From contig CP120464.1 of the NCBI GenBank assembly GCA_034226945.1, positions 248,001-312,000 on the forward strand: a stretch of 64,000 bases of DNA, given 5' to 3'. Origin of the DNA: Picochlorum sp. SENEW3. Lineage: Eukaryota. Under the pieces are notes generated by a model that saw only the letters and a list, made by a program, of their open reading frames with translations, made no database searches and was not told where the DNA came from. How positions within the stretch are numbered: position 1 is the first letter of the stretch; each line of letters starts with the position of its first letter. The position numbers and the translations under genes are program-made. This document shows positions 24,006 through 34,029 of this stretch, in pieces.

Positions 24006-26105
24006 ATGGGTTTACCTACGGTTTGGGTGCCTGGAGGCTGTGGGCCGAGAATTAGTGCTGGAAATCCCCGACACCTGGCTCGGAAACTGGGTCTGAGTAG
24101 GGTGCGGCGGCATTCATCTGCAACGACTGGACAACAATACGCAGTGAAAACTGAGGAAAAGGAAGAGGAGGAGGAGTATGATTTCTTTGGGAAGCGGATG
24201 CTGTGTGAGAGACGACGACAGTCGAGTAGGCAACCTGTCGTGTTGGATCATGGTGACATGGAGTCTGGTTTGGAAGATCAAGACAAGGGCGGGCAGTTTG
24301 TTTTGCGGTCTAAAGAAGAGAGATTTGGTGCTTGGAGGGGCGGTGGCCAGTATAGGGTAGAAAATGCAGTGTATAGAATTGTCCCTGAATATGAGCAGTG
24401 TTCCATGAGACAAAAGGCATCAGAGAGAAAGAATACTCTCTCCATACTTGTCATGGATGAAGGGGGAGAGATACGGGCGAGATTGGCTGGAGCCATGTTG
24501 GTGTATATGTTTCGGAATTTGCGGAGGGATGTGAGAGTGCATGTGGAGGTTGTGTCCTTGGGACCACCGACACATGATGTGGCGAGCATTGCCATGCTCG
24601 AGAGGATGGTTCGTATGTGGATGAAGAACGATGAGGAGGCATTAGATATTGCTCGACGATTTCCTCGGCAGTTTCGAGAGGTTCAGGATCCTGTGGAGTC
24701 GGATATGATCTTGGTGATGGATCGCTATGATTTGCAAGAGACAATGCGGGAGGTGTCTGTGTTGGATGCTGTCAGTCCTGGTAATTTTTACTCCAGTAGG
24801 GTGAAAATGATTGCTCCATTTGCGGCGCATATATCAAGACGTGATATTCCTGTTGATATTCCTGATCCGCTGTATCAGGAAGAGTCGAGAGAGTTGCTTG
24901 GATTGTCCAAGGATCTTGCCTTCTGTTGCAAAGGGGTTGTAGACATGGTGTATGGTATTCATGAATATGTGATTAAAGATAAAGCGTATTTGAAAGCTCG
25001 TGATGCGTTGCAACAGATTTTGCGGTGCCCTGGGCTGTGGATGGAGCTTCCCTATGCTCGAAGCAGGAGGCCAGATGCATCAGCATATATGGTATCACAA
25101 TACAGTGCCCGTAAGGTGAATGGGAGACGTATCATAGCGAAACGAATCAATAAAGAAAGAGGATATTGGAAGGATATTGAGAATGTAGCGAATGAATTGC
25201 GTGCATGGATGCAAGAGAATAGTGTCACAATGCTGCCGACTCAGGCCATGCTGCGTCAAGCTGGAGCCTGTTCGTTGGCATCATCCATCGATTATCATGG
25301 AGGTATTCACTTTTTCGCATCAAAACTTGGTTTAAAGGCGTATAAAAGGCGTCCGAACGGGTTCTGGTCGAACATTGAATCAGTGCGAGGTGAAATTCAG
25401 GAATATGTGACCACCCAGGTTGGTGATGACGGGGTGGAGCAACTCATCATGCCAACAGCACAAGATCTGTTGGAGGCTGGGCGCAGTGATCTAGTAAGAG
25501 CGGTTCGATTACATGGTGGTTTCCATAAAGTAGCATTATCGATTGGCGCCGTATCGCATAGAAGCAGGCAGTGGGAAGAAGCTGAGATCCTAAAAATGTT
25601 GTCAAACCTCAACGAGAGGGGACACGAGGTCTGTAGGAAAACGGTGCGAGAGATGAATATGGATGGATTGGAATCAGCAATCGATCGGCTAGGTGGCTTT
25701 CCATACTTTATCCAGCTATTGGATGAGGAACATGAAATGTGTGTGGTGCATTTATCGTCTTCTGATGCCTGGAGCAGCAGCAGCTCTGAGGAGCCTGTAT
25801 GTGATCAGCTCCAATGCCCCGTTCCATACATTCAAAAAGTAGCGACCAAAGTACGGGTATGGATGGCTTCAAAAGGGCTGTCTAGAAGACTTCCAACACG
25901 AAAGGAATTAGAAAATGCTAACAGAGTGGATATTTGGAGGGGTATCCAGAGGGCTGGAGGATTGCAAAAGTTGTCAGAGTACATGCATGTAGAATTTGTT
26001 GAAACTCGAGGAAGGAAAAAGACGAAGAAGAAGAAAGTGATAGAGAGTACTCAAGTACTCTTGGATTCATGGAATGCATACGAGGATTTTGTTCTCATAG
26101 ATTGA
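24006..26105 (+). CDS. Degenerate LMW-PTP-like domain fused to ~4 helical repeats; probably plastid-targeted
   Basis: ILVMDEGGEIRARLA, DMILVMDRYD and DIPDPLY align with the LMW-PTP fold. Repeats follow the pattern 'GyW..ie.V..e....mPT...L..aGR.DL..ai..hGG...a..lG'. Confidence 0.75.
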   Translation: MGLPTVWVPGGCGPRISAGNPRHLARKLGLSRVRRHSSATTGQQYAVKTEEKEEEEEYDFFGKRMLCERRRQSSRQPVVLDHGDMESGLEDQDKGGQFVLRSKEERFGAWRGGGQYRVENAVYRIVPEYEQCSMRQKASERKNTLSILVMDEGGEIRARLAGAMLVYMFRNLRRDVRVHVEVVSLGPPTHDVASIAMLERMVRMWMKNDEEALDIARRFPRQFREVQDPVESDMILVMDRYDLQETMREVSVLDAVSPGNFYSSRVKMIAPFAAHISRRDIPVDIPDPLYQEESRELLGLSKDLAFCCKGVVDMVYGIHEYVIKDKAYLKARDALQQILRCPGLWMELPYARSRRPDASAYMVSQYSARKVNGRRIIAKRINKERGYWKDIENVANELRAWMQENSVTMLPTQAMLRQAGACSLASSIDYHGGIHFFASKLGLKAYKRRPNGFWSNIESVRGEIQEYVTTQVGDDGVEQLIMPTAQDLLEAGRSDLVRAVRLHGGFHKVALSIGAVSHRSRQWEEAEILKMLSNLNERGHEVCRKTVREMNMDGLESAIDRLGGFPYFIQLLDEEHEMCVVHLSSSDAWSSSSSEEPVCDQLQCPVPYIQKVATKVRVWMASKGLSRRLPTRKELENANRVDIWRGIQRAGGLQKLSEYMHVEFVETRGRKKTKKKKVIESTQVLLDSWNAYEDFVLID

Positions 26106-26108
26106 TGA

Positions 26109-27407
26109 TTACATGTATTGTTGCTGTTGTTGGACCTCTCGCTCAATATCCAAAGAGATTTCCAAATACTCTGCCCTGTCTATATATGGATATTCGGACA
26201 GCCAAAGCCCACTATCAGGTAAATATACATCTTTTATTGCTTTAATTTCGTCAAATGACGTGGTGTTAGATAATACAAGAACCTCTGCTGGTTGTCCTGG
26301 CTGCAGCACCTCAAACCGCGCATCATACGGCAGTACAAGTTCTGTCTGTGCTCCAAGTTCTTCTCCTATAACAATCCTTGACGTTTTCATCGACATAAAA
26401 CGAGGTACATCCTCCATATCACCAAACTTTGGACGAGGTCTTGATCCATTTTCCACCTCCAACAACTGTGTCCTCCACACACCACCATACTCCATTTTGC
26501 TCCTGATTCCAATATTCTTATTGGCAGCTCTCGCCCATGGCCACCATAATGGCCATGTCAGACTCGTCGCAGCAAGCAGAGCTGCTTTGCTAAATAAAAT
26601 AGTGAGAGCCAAACTTGCTCCCCATCGCTGTAACGCCTGTGCTGCTCCTCCTGTAAAATACTCTGCTTGTGCTGCAAAGGGTAACACTGGCAGCACTCTA
26701 TCTAATTCATCTGGACTAAGAATAACAATATCTGGAGGTTCCTCATACCCCCTTGTATCCTGAGAATCGTCACTGACGACATCATCAGCATCTAGATCAT
26801 CATCCAAAGGAATGCTTTCATCATCAGCATCCCACCAGGACCCATAGTCTCCTTCCTCAGCATCTGCTCCTCGTCTTTCATAGACTCCTGTCGATGCCTC
26901 ATCACCCCACCCATAAAAGGAAGACGATACACCCTCTTTTGAAGAAGAAACGTCACGACGAGAACGTTCCTTCCCCTCCCCACGTGTCCTTGCAGCCCTC
27001 CTCGCCGCTGCCTTGTCAACAACCACAGAGTCATCACGAGATGATACTGACTTTTTCCCACCACCTAGAGCCCTTCTCTTCTCTAAACGCCTCTTTCGCA
27101 ACCTCTCTGCCATTTCACGACGGTCAACATCTGATACTTCAACATTATCAAACAGCGCATCCTCCCTCTCCCCACTCGTACCACCCCACCTGGCACCAGT
27201 ATTACTCTGACACACTGTCCTTCTCCCAACCCGTGTGCCACGCCCACTATACATCTCTAAATTTTTTTTATTCCCAAAGATATGATCTATCGCCCGTCTC
27301 GGAGCGCAGGCTGTAGGCACATGCGAAGAACAAGAGGGGTGGTCATGCATCCCCACAACACTCGCATGCCTACTCCCTCTCCATCCTGCTACTATTTTCA
27401 ATGACAT
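26109..27407 (-). CDS. Conserved plastid protein of cyanobacterial type, function unknown
   Basis: LSPDELDRVLP...Q..YF, PLWWPWARA..N and D.YLP...LWLSEYPYIDR resemble a cyanobacterial hypothetical membrane family (from memory); long transit-like N-terminus. Confidence 0.7.
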   Translation of the reverse strand: MSLKIVAGWRGSRHASVVGMHDHPSCSSHVPTACAPRRAIDHIFGNKKNLEMYSGRGTRVGRRTVCQSNTGARWGGTSGEREDALFDNVEVSDVDRREMAERLRKRRLEKRRALGGGKKSVSSRDDSVVVDKAAARRAARTRGEGKERSRRDVSSSKEGVSSSFYGWGDEASTGVYERRGADAEEGDYGSWWDADDESIPLDDDLDADDVVSDDSQDTRGYEEPPDIVILSPDELDRVLPVLPFAAQAEYFTGGAAQALQRWGASLALTILFSKAALLAATSLTWPLWWPWARAANKNIGIRSKMEYGGVWRTQLLEVENGSRPRPKFGDMEDVPRFMSMKTSRIVIGEELGAQTELVLPYDARFEVLQPGQPAEVLVLSNTTSFDEIKAIKDVYLPDSGLWLSEYPYIDRAEYLEISLDIEREVQQQQQYM

Positions 27408-27599
27408 TTTTGAATAAAAGTACTATGCCATCCTCGGCATTAATTGTGTGTATCTTGGCCAATCAACCATGTTATTATTATATTCTAATGTAGGAATTTT
27501 CTTAAAAGAACACTTTAATGTGCATTCTCTCGACACAATTTGGCCAGTTTAATGAAAAATTTGGATCTATACTTCGTATAGATAGATAGTAGTGGAGTA

Positions 27600-28588
27600 A
27601 TGGAGGACACTACTGACGTCAGCAGCAGTGAAAATAGCCCTGGGAAAGGTTTCGAGGCCAATGATGGCAAAAATAAACCCGAGTGGAAAATACGTTTACA
27701 TGTCGACTCACGAATAGTGGAGTTTCGTGAAAATAGTATAGATATACTTGTCGACGTCATGTCCACCTGGATGCGCAAGCAAGCATCTGGTAACCCAAAC
27801 AATGTTTCAATTAAAATGAAAATCTGCTTTACCCAGGATATTCCTATTGACTATTCTGAGGCTCAACTACAGACACTAATTAATGCACAACTACGTGACT
27901 TCCCGACCAAGTATTCCAGTTGCGAAAAGAGCATGGACATTTACATGACATCCAACAAGCCTGGAGAACATAATGCTACTAATAATAGACCTGGATGTGA
28001 TGAGCAGCACAACAAACGCACGGCGGAGGACTTTGTGCGTGAGTTCAGCAACAGGATGTACCAGTTGTGGCTGTCAGCTGACAATATAGACGTGTATGCT
28101 GTTCATATGCTGCAATACCATCTCTCAACCATGTTACCAGAGTACACAGATATTATTGAAAGGTACGTCAAGGCTTGCATGTATAGATAGATGGATATAC
28201 TTTTGCTATTGTATATGTATATTTATGCAAGCAGGATTATGAATACGAAGCGAAACACGCAATACGCAACTAGTAACAGAGCTAAAAAAAGGATGAAAAT
28301 CTCAGGCAGTACTACACCACCATCCAGGTAAATCTCTCTCTCTCTCTCTCTCTCGCATGTATATTAAATCTTACCAAGTATATATACATTAAATGTAGTG
28401 ACATATATTCAGCACATTCAATTGAGAGTACTGCGAATATACTACATACAATGATTAGTCAATTCGAACTTTGGTGCCAGAAAAACAAGAACAATACATA
28501 CACAAAGACTGCACACAACATTCTTCGCAGTCATCAGTTCAAACACTTGTACAATGAGTTCAAAACTATATTCTTGCTAGATATGTAA
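27600..28588 (+). CDS. Orphan hypothetical protein, 3 exons (~281 aa)
   Basis: Exons 27600-28162, 28235-28327 and 28399-28588 are joined by phase-consistent GT-AG introns and stay open to TAA 28586-28588; contains a KKRMK NLS-like motif. Confidence 0.6.
28333..28354. repeat. (TC)n microsatellite in intron 2 of the orphan gene
   Basis: Run of about 11 TC units directly visible. Confidence 0.9.
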
Positions 28589-28812
28589 CACAAATACTTT
28601 GCACGGCAACGAGTAATACTACTGGTGGTACATTGTGCTGTAACCCGATGATGATGGCACTCGGTGTACTGTGTCCTGCTGCAGGGAAGCGGGAATCGCG
28701 TTTCTGGTTACAGCTCTAGAGAAAAGCTTTTCGCCCCTATAGATATCTGTACATACATGGCTGCTCGATTCTTTATAAACCTGTAATTGCGTTTAGAACA
28801 GTGGCGTATACC

Positions 28813-29403
28813 ATGAATGCATCGCAGATCTCTTTCGCAGGGACCAAGAAAGTGCCCTCTTTTTCTCTTGCTTCAGCAGAGAAGAAGAAGAAGCCACCAA
28901 TGCAGCATTCGCTCCACACATGCATTATATCGTCACCTTGTTCTCAATGTCAGCCGATGATGGGTCGATGCCATGCCACAGAGGACCTGCAATCAGAGAG
29001 AGTAGGTGTCACACACTTGGACCTGGTCCCAGGCACCAGATATGCACAGAAATGCATTGGGGTATCTCTAGCGCTTCTTTTGGGTGGAGTATGTATCCCA
29101 GAGTATGCTGTTGCTGGGACAGATGCTGCTGCGACGTTTGAAAACACATGTGCTGGATGCCATGCTGGAGGTGGCAATATAGTCAAAAGGGATGCCACAT
29201 TGTCATTGTCTGATCTTCAAAAGTACGGCTTGGATGGCCCAGATGCCTTGTATTCAATCATCTACAATGGTAATGGATCAATGCCTGGGTATGGTGCTGA
29301 GTGTGCTCCAAAGGGCAAGTGCACATTTGGCAAGAGGCTGTCTGATTCTGAAATTTCAGAATTAGCCACGTATGTCTTGGATAAAGCCAAATCTGGTTGG
29401 TAA
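28813..29403 (+). CDS. Cytochrome c6A (thylakoid lumen)
   Basis: CAGCH haem motif, GSMPGYG axial Met, and the two-Cys loop insertion ECAPKGKCTFG diagnostic of c6A; bipartite presequence ending AVA. Confidence 0.92.
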   Translation: MNASQISFAGTKKVPSFSLASAEKKKKPPMQHSLHTCIISSPCSQCQPMMGRCHATEDLQSERVGVTHLDLVPGTRYAQKCIGVSLALLLGGVCIPEYAVAGTDAAATFENTCAGCHAGGGNIVKRDATLSLSDLQKYGLDGPDALYSIIYNGNGSMPGYGAECAPKGKCTFGKRLSDSEISELATYVLDKAKSGW

Positions 29404-29449
29404 TAAATGCTTTAATTGATATGTAATTAGTATTATAGCCATCGTGAGG

Positions 29450-30947
29450 ATGTATAGATCAAAAAAGGTGCGTGCATGGCAATCGTGTCTTCTTGGCAAC
29501 AGCATGCACGGTGTTGCTCTCGTCAATGAAAATGGATAATTGATGCGGTTTTGTGTAGTATTCGTATTTTGCTGGGAAGACGGCAAAGTTGAGCGATGAT
29601 CCTATTCTGTATGAGCGATATGTAGCTCCTTCCTCAGTGGGCAGTGCTCCCAAGGAAGACACGCCTCAAGTGGCCCAAGATTCTGAGAAGAAGGTGAGGA
29701 CGAAAAAGAGGGATCCTCCTTCTGAGGAAGGGGATGCAGTGGTAAAGAAGGTGAGGAAGAAGGAGAGATGGTCTGAGGAGAAGAAGGCTGCTGTGAGAGC
29801 TGAGAAGGAAGCGGCAAAGAAGGATGCTCCAGAGGGGCATGAGGACGCAAAGAGCAAGAAGAAGAAAAAGAAGAAGAAGAAGGATAAAGAGGATGAAGAG
29901 TCTGATAGAGAAGAGGAGGTGCCGTTGAGAAAGTTGACAGCTGAGGAGCGTGTGTCTGGTCCAAGCAATGCTGCAGAGGCTCAGGCGTTGAGAGGTGCAT
30001 TAGGTTTTGTCGATACTGCGGCTACTGACGAGGGGAAGAATGCGGCATCTTTTCAGTTTGGATTTGGATCACAGATAGAGGTTGAACCTGTCAAAGAGGA
30101 GGAGGAGGAGGCACAATCAGAAGAGGATGCGTCTTCATCAGACACATCCAGTAGCAGCAGTAGCTCTGATGACTCGGATCAAGATGAAGAGGACCAAGAG
30201 CATGTTACTAGTGGTGGTGTGAGCGATAAACAAGCTAATGATACTACCAATAGTAATAAATATGTTGCACCTGTTCAGCAGCAGCAGCAGCAGGAGGAAG
30301 AAGAAGTTGATGCTGATGGCTTTATTCCTTGCCGCATTTTTGTCGGAGGCATGCCTTTTGGATACACAGAAGACATGGTCAGAGAGTACTGGGAGTACTG
30401 TGGTCCCATAGAAACGTTGGATGTGATGGTCTTTCCAGACACGGGGAGATTCAAAGGCATTGCGTTCATCACATTTGCTACACAAGAGGCATATCAGTCT
30501 GCCCTGAGTTTTGATGGAACAGACTGCGATGGGCAAATTCTCAAAGTCCAGAAATGCAAGGCAGACGCGAAGAAAAGGTATAAAAAGCATCCAAGTAGTG
30601 TAGATGGCAGGAACGAAGCGAAAGACAATAATAATCATGCAGAAGCACCAGCGTTAGGAACACAGCATCGACCTCCAGCACAAAAGGTGCAAGGGTACAA
30701 CGTAGCATACGTTGGTAATATCGCCTTTGAAGCATCCCCAGAGGATATCAAAACTCTTTTTGAGCCATATGGTGTGACTATAGTCCGATTGCACACGGAC
30801 AAAGACACGGGGAAACCAAAAGGATATGCCCATGTGCATTTCAAGGATGAAGAATCCCTTGACAAGGCCATGGCACTGAACGGAACACCAATCTTGGGTC
30901 GCAAAATTAGGGTCGGATATGCTCAATTAAAAAAGAATGCATCATGA
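29450..30947 (+). CDS. Two-RRM nucleolin/PHIP1-like RNA-binding protein, 2 exons
   Basis: RNP2/RNP1 pairs IFVGGM/FKGIAFITF and AYVGNI/PKGYAHVHF; Lys- and acid-rich N-terminus. Exon MYRSKK (29450-29467) plus intron 29468-29558 supplies the otherwise missing ATG in frame. Confidence 0.88.
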
Positions 30948-30991
30948 GGTGAATATGTGTATATGTATTAATACATGTAGCTGAACACCCT

Positions 30992-31749
30992 TTAATCATC
31001 CTCGCTCTCCCCAGCAATAACTGGGTGAAGGTTCCATGTCCCAATGTCGCCATCATAATAAAATCCATTGCACTGAGGATTCATGGCCACCAACGTTCCC
31101 TGGGTTCCTAAATCAACTGTAAGGCAGTCGATGCTATCTTCATCATCCCCAAATGCATTTAAACTCCATTTCCACTTTTCAGACTTTGAAAGAGTGATGG
31201 GCACTGGCTCATATGGCTCTTCGTAATCATCCACATCCGCTGGACTCACGGGAGCAGTGAGATATTTTGCTCCACAATCTCTGTCAGCAACAATCGTAAC
31301 TGAACGTGATGAATCCGATTTGATGTAAAAGTGAGATCGATTTGGTTGATGGTGGATATTGGCTGCTGTTCTCAACCATACTTTGTCATTCCTGCATTTT
31401 GTCCTCACGAATGTCATATATTCCCTCGTTTGGTTGTAACAGGTATACCAGTCACAAGAAATTTCGGGGGATAGGCGAAACATTCCATCATAAGTACAAT
31501 ACAATACCCTTTGCTTTGGTGTCCCTTTGGACCAGTAATAGTCCACCTTCCAACCCGGCCCCGAGTCACCAAGTTTGGCGGCACCTGCGATACACATATT
31601 TTGGGTGTCGATATAATGTAATCATCAAGAAAATATTGTGAAAGAAATCTTCTTTCGACACGCTGATAACCCTAAAAAGAGAGACTACCTACCTGACAAA
31701 CGAAGAAGCACACAAGAGTGACAAGGGTGGTCACCACAGCACGCAGCAT
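30992..31749 (-). CDS. Secreted Cys/Trp-rich hypothetical protein, 2 exons
   Basis: First exon MLRAVVTTLVTLVCFFVCQV is signal-peptide-like and splices in phase 1 into ORF 30992-31597. Confidence 0.6.
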
Positions 31750-31849
31750 TATGAGTATGATATATTTGTGACATACAGATAGAGTATATGAATTCAAGTG
31801 GTCAAGTCGCATTCACAACGATAACGTGACAGATATCGACAGAAGATCT

Positions 31850-31953
31850 GACTCCGGAGTCCGGACTCCGGATCCGGGCCAATCAATATTGATATTGATC
31901 AGTCACCGGTATACCGGTACGTACCGGTGACTTGACATGGTACCATGCATGGT
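31850..31953. repeat. Cluster of nested/overlapping perfect palindromes
   Basis: tccggagtccggactccgga, atcaatattgat, accggtataccggt, accggtacgtaccggt, catggtaccatg and accatgcatggt occur in succession. Confidence 0.9.
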
Positions 31954-32268
31954 GGCAACTAGGATCAATAAACAGCCACACTGCCCGGGACAGGCTTGAT
32001 CAATCATACGCGAAAGATGAAGAATCTATCAGGATGCAGTTCCTCAGAGGAGAAGTCCTCCAGTGACAATATTCTAACAGATCATCAATCTCTCCAGAGA
32101 GCTCTCTGCTCGAGCCTAGGGAGGCGCCATGGACTTATTTTGGATCTAGAAACACTGTGGAATGCTGCTCAAAAAACGTTATTGCAGTCTCCATCTGTAC
32201 ATATGTAATTTTAAAATGCTTGTATCCTTTCACGAGAGCCTTTCTTTGACATTCTATTCTCAGGTGGG

Positions 32269-34029
32269 ATGACGGGAGAGCTCAATCCGACGTTCTTCCG
32301 TGGATATCAGCGAGGGATATTCGAGAAATACAGCCTAGGGAAAGTTATAGGTAAAGGAGGATGGGGTGTTGTCCGCAAAGGAAGAAGAAAAAGCGACGGT
32401 TTGATGTTCGCCATCAAAGTTCTCCCCAAGGTGGTTCACTGTGGTGAGAGTCAGTCTGTTAGAGGGAAGCAGACACATTATATGCAGAGTATCAAGACTG
32501 AAATAGACATCATGTTGACTCTTCGAGGATCTCTAGGTGTGGTGTACTTGTATGAAGTGTATCAGGATGACGATAACATCTATTTGGTGATGGAAATGTG
32601 TTCTGGTGGGCACTTGGTAAAGTGGGAAGGAATGGGTAAAGGAAAATTGAACGAACGTTTGGTTTCTAGATACATCAAAGAGATTCTTCAGATCATAGTA
32701 GTATGTCATGCTCGAAATATAATGCATCGCGATATTAAGCCAGCAAATTTTTTGCTGCTGAACACCAGTGCTTCAAGTCCAGTGAAAGTGATAGATTTTG
32801 GGCTATCAAAATACTACACGACAAAAGATTTACCGCTCACCGCATCCACTGCTGAAGGTACTCCATGGTATCTGGCACCAGAAGCTTGCCGAGGGAAGTG
32901 GTTTCCAAAGACTGATGTTTGGGCGTGCTGTATCATGGCATTTTACATGCTCACAGGAACATATCCATTCATTGACAGGACGAATACATTGATGCCAGAT
33001 TTGGCGAAAACGCTGAAAGCCATATGTTTCCAGGATTTGGATTTGACAAGAAAGGAATGTCAAGTTTTGAGTCCGTTGGCAATAGATTTCCTCAAGTTTA
33101 GTCTGCTGGAAAAAGATGTGGAAAAAAGGCCATCAGCGGCAGATTGCTTGTCTCATCCCTGGATCCAGCAGGTCGAGGCTTTGGATCCATCTCCCCTTGA
33201 TCCAACTGTGTTGCAGCGGCTTCAGAAATTTTCGCAAAACGGAACCTTCAAGTGCACGGTGCTCGAACATATTGCCCGAGAGATTGTTTCAATGCACTTT
33301 GCTCCAGATGGAAAGAGGAGTGAACATGCGAGTCGGGTATTTAGAGAAAGATCAGTGAGATCAGGCCGAGCATTCTATGAGCAAACCGGAAAAATGCAAG
33401 GCTCGACGCAAACATTGTCTTTGCCACAAGCCACACTATATTCCAGAAATTTGGCAGAGCTGCTGGATAGAATCCAGGCTGATAAGAGCGGTTGTATCAA
33501 CAAACTCTCGCTATACTCTCTTCTTGTGGAGCTAGGCCACAATATTGATGAGCAAGAAGCAGATGAAATTTTCAATGCGCTTGATATTAGTAAAAAGGGA
33601 TATGTGAAGCAAGAAGACATTGCAGCTAGCCTAATTGACTGGCAAGATTTTCAAGACTCGTTTAAAGATAGATGGATAGATATGGTAAGAAGAGTGTTTG
33701 AAGAGCTTGACGGGGACCATGACGGCTTTCTTACTGTTCAAGAAATATCTGCGGCTTTTGAGGGAGGACTTTCGGTTCCAGAGGTTGATGCAGCTGTACA
33801 TGATGTTCTTGTGGAGGTGGCTGCACGGCAACAGCAAGCCCTGCCAGATTTACCTGAAACAGAGTCCCATCAGTATGGCTCAATCACATTTGACGAGTTT
33901 ATGGATTTTATGAGCTCGGAAAATGGTTTGAGGTCCTCTCTGTTTCCTGATAGGATGCGTGTCGTCGAAGATGATCAGCCAGGTGAGCAAACATGCTCAT
34001 GTTGTCCCTTCTTTTTCAAAAACCTGTGA
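32269..34029 (+). CDS. Calcium-dependent protein kinase (CDPK)-like; 5' exon possible but unresolved
   Basis: GKGGWGVV, AIK, HRDIKPANF, DFG and APE motifs; junction VLQRLQKFS; EF-hands such as DGDHDGFLTVQE. Confidence 0.9.
   Translation: MTGELNPTFFRGYQRGIFEKYSLGKVIGKGGWGVVRKGRRKSDGLMFAIKVLPKVVHCGESQSVRGKQTHYMQSIKTEIDIMLTLRGSLGVVYLYEVYQDDDNIYLVMEMCSGGHLVKWEGMGKGKLNERLVSRYIKEILQIIVVCHARNIMHRDIKPANFLLLNTSASSPVKVIDFGLSKYYTTKDLPLTASTAEGTPWYLAPEACRGKWFPKTDVWACCIMAFYMLTGTYPFIDRTNTLMPDLAKTLKAICFQDLDLTRKECQVLSPLAIDFLKFSLLEKDVEKRPSAADCLSHPWIQQVEALDPSPLDPTVLQRLQKFSQNGTFKCTVLEHIAREIVSMHFAPDGKRSEHASRVFRERSVRSGRAFYEQTGKMQGSTQTLSLPQATLYSRNLAELLDRIQADKSGCINKLSLYSLLVELGHNIDEQEADEIFNALDISKKGYVKQEDIAASLIDWQDFQDSFKDRWIDMVRRVFEELDGDHDGFLTVQEISAAFEGGLSVPEVDAAVHDVLVEVAARQQQALPDLPETESHQYGSITFDEFMDFMSSENGLRSSLFPDRMRVVEDDQPGEQTCSCCPFFFKNL

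Noticed and set aside
29858..30305. AAG, GAG and CAG triplet runs as repeat elements
   Set aside because: They encode Lys, Glu, Ser and Gln tracts of the RRM protein.
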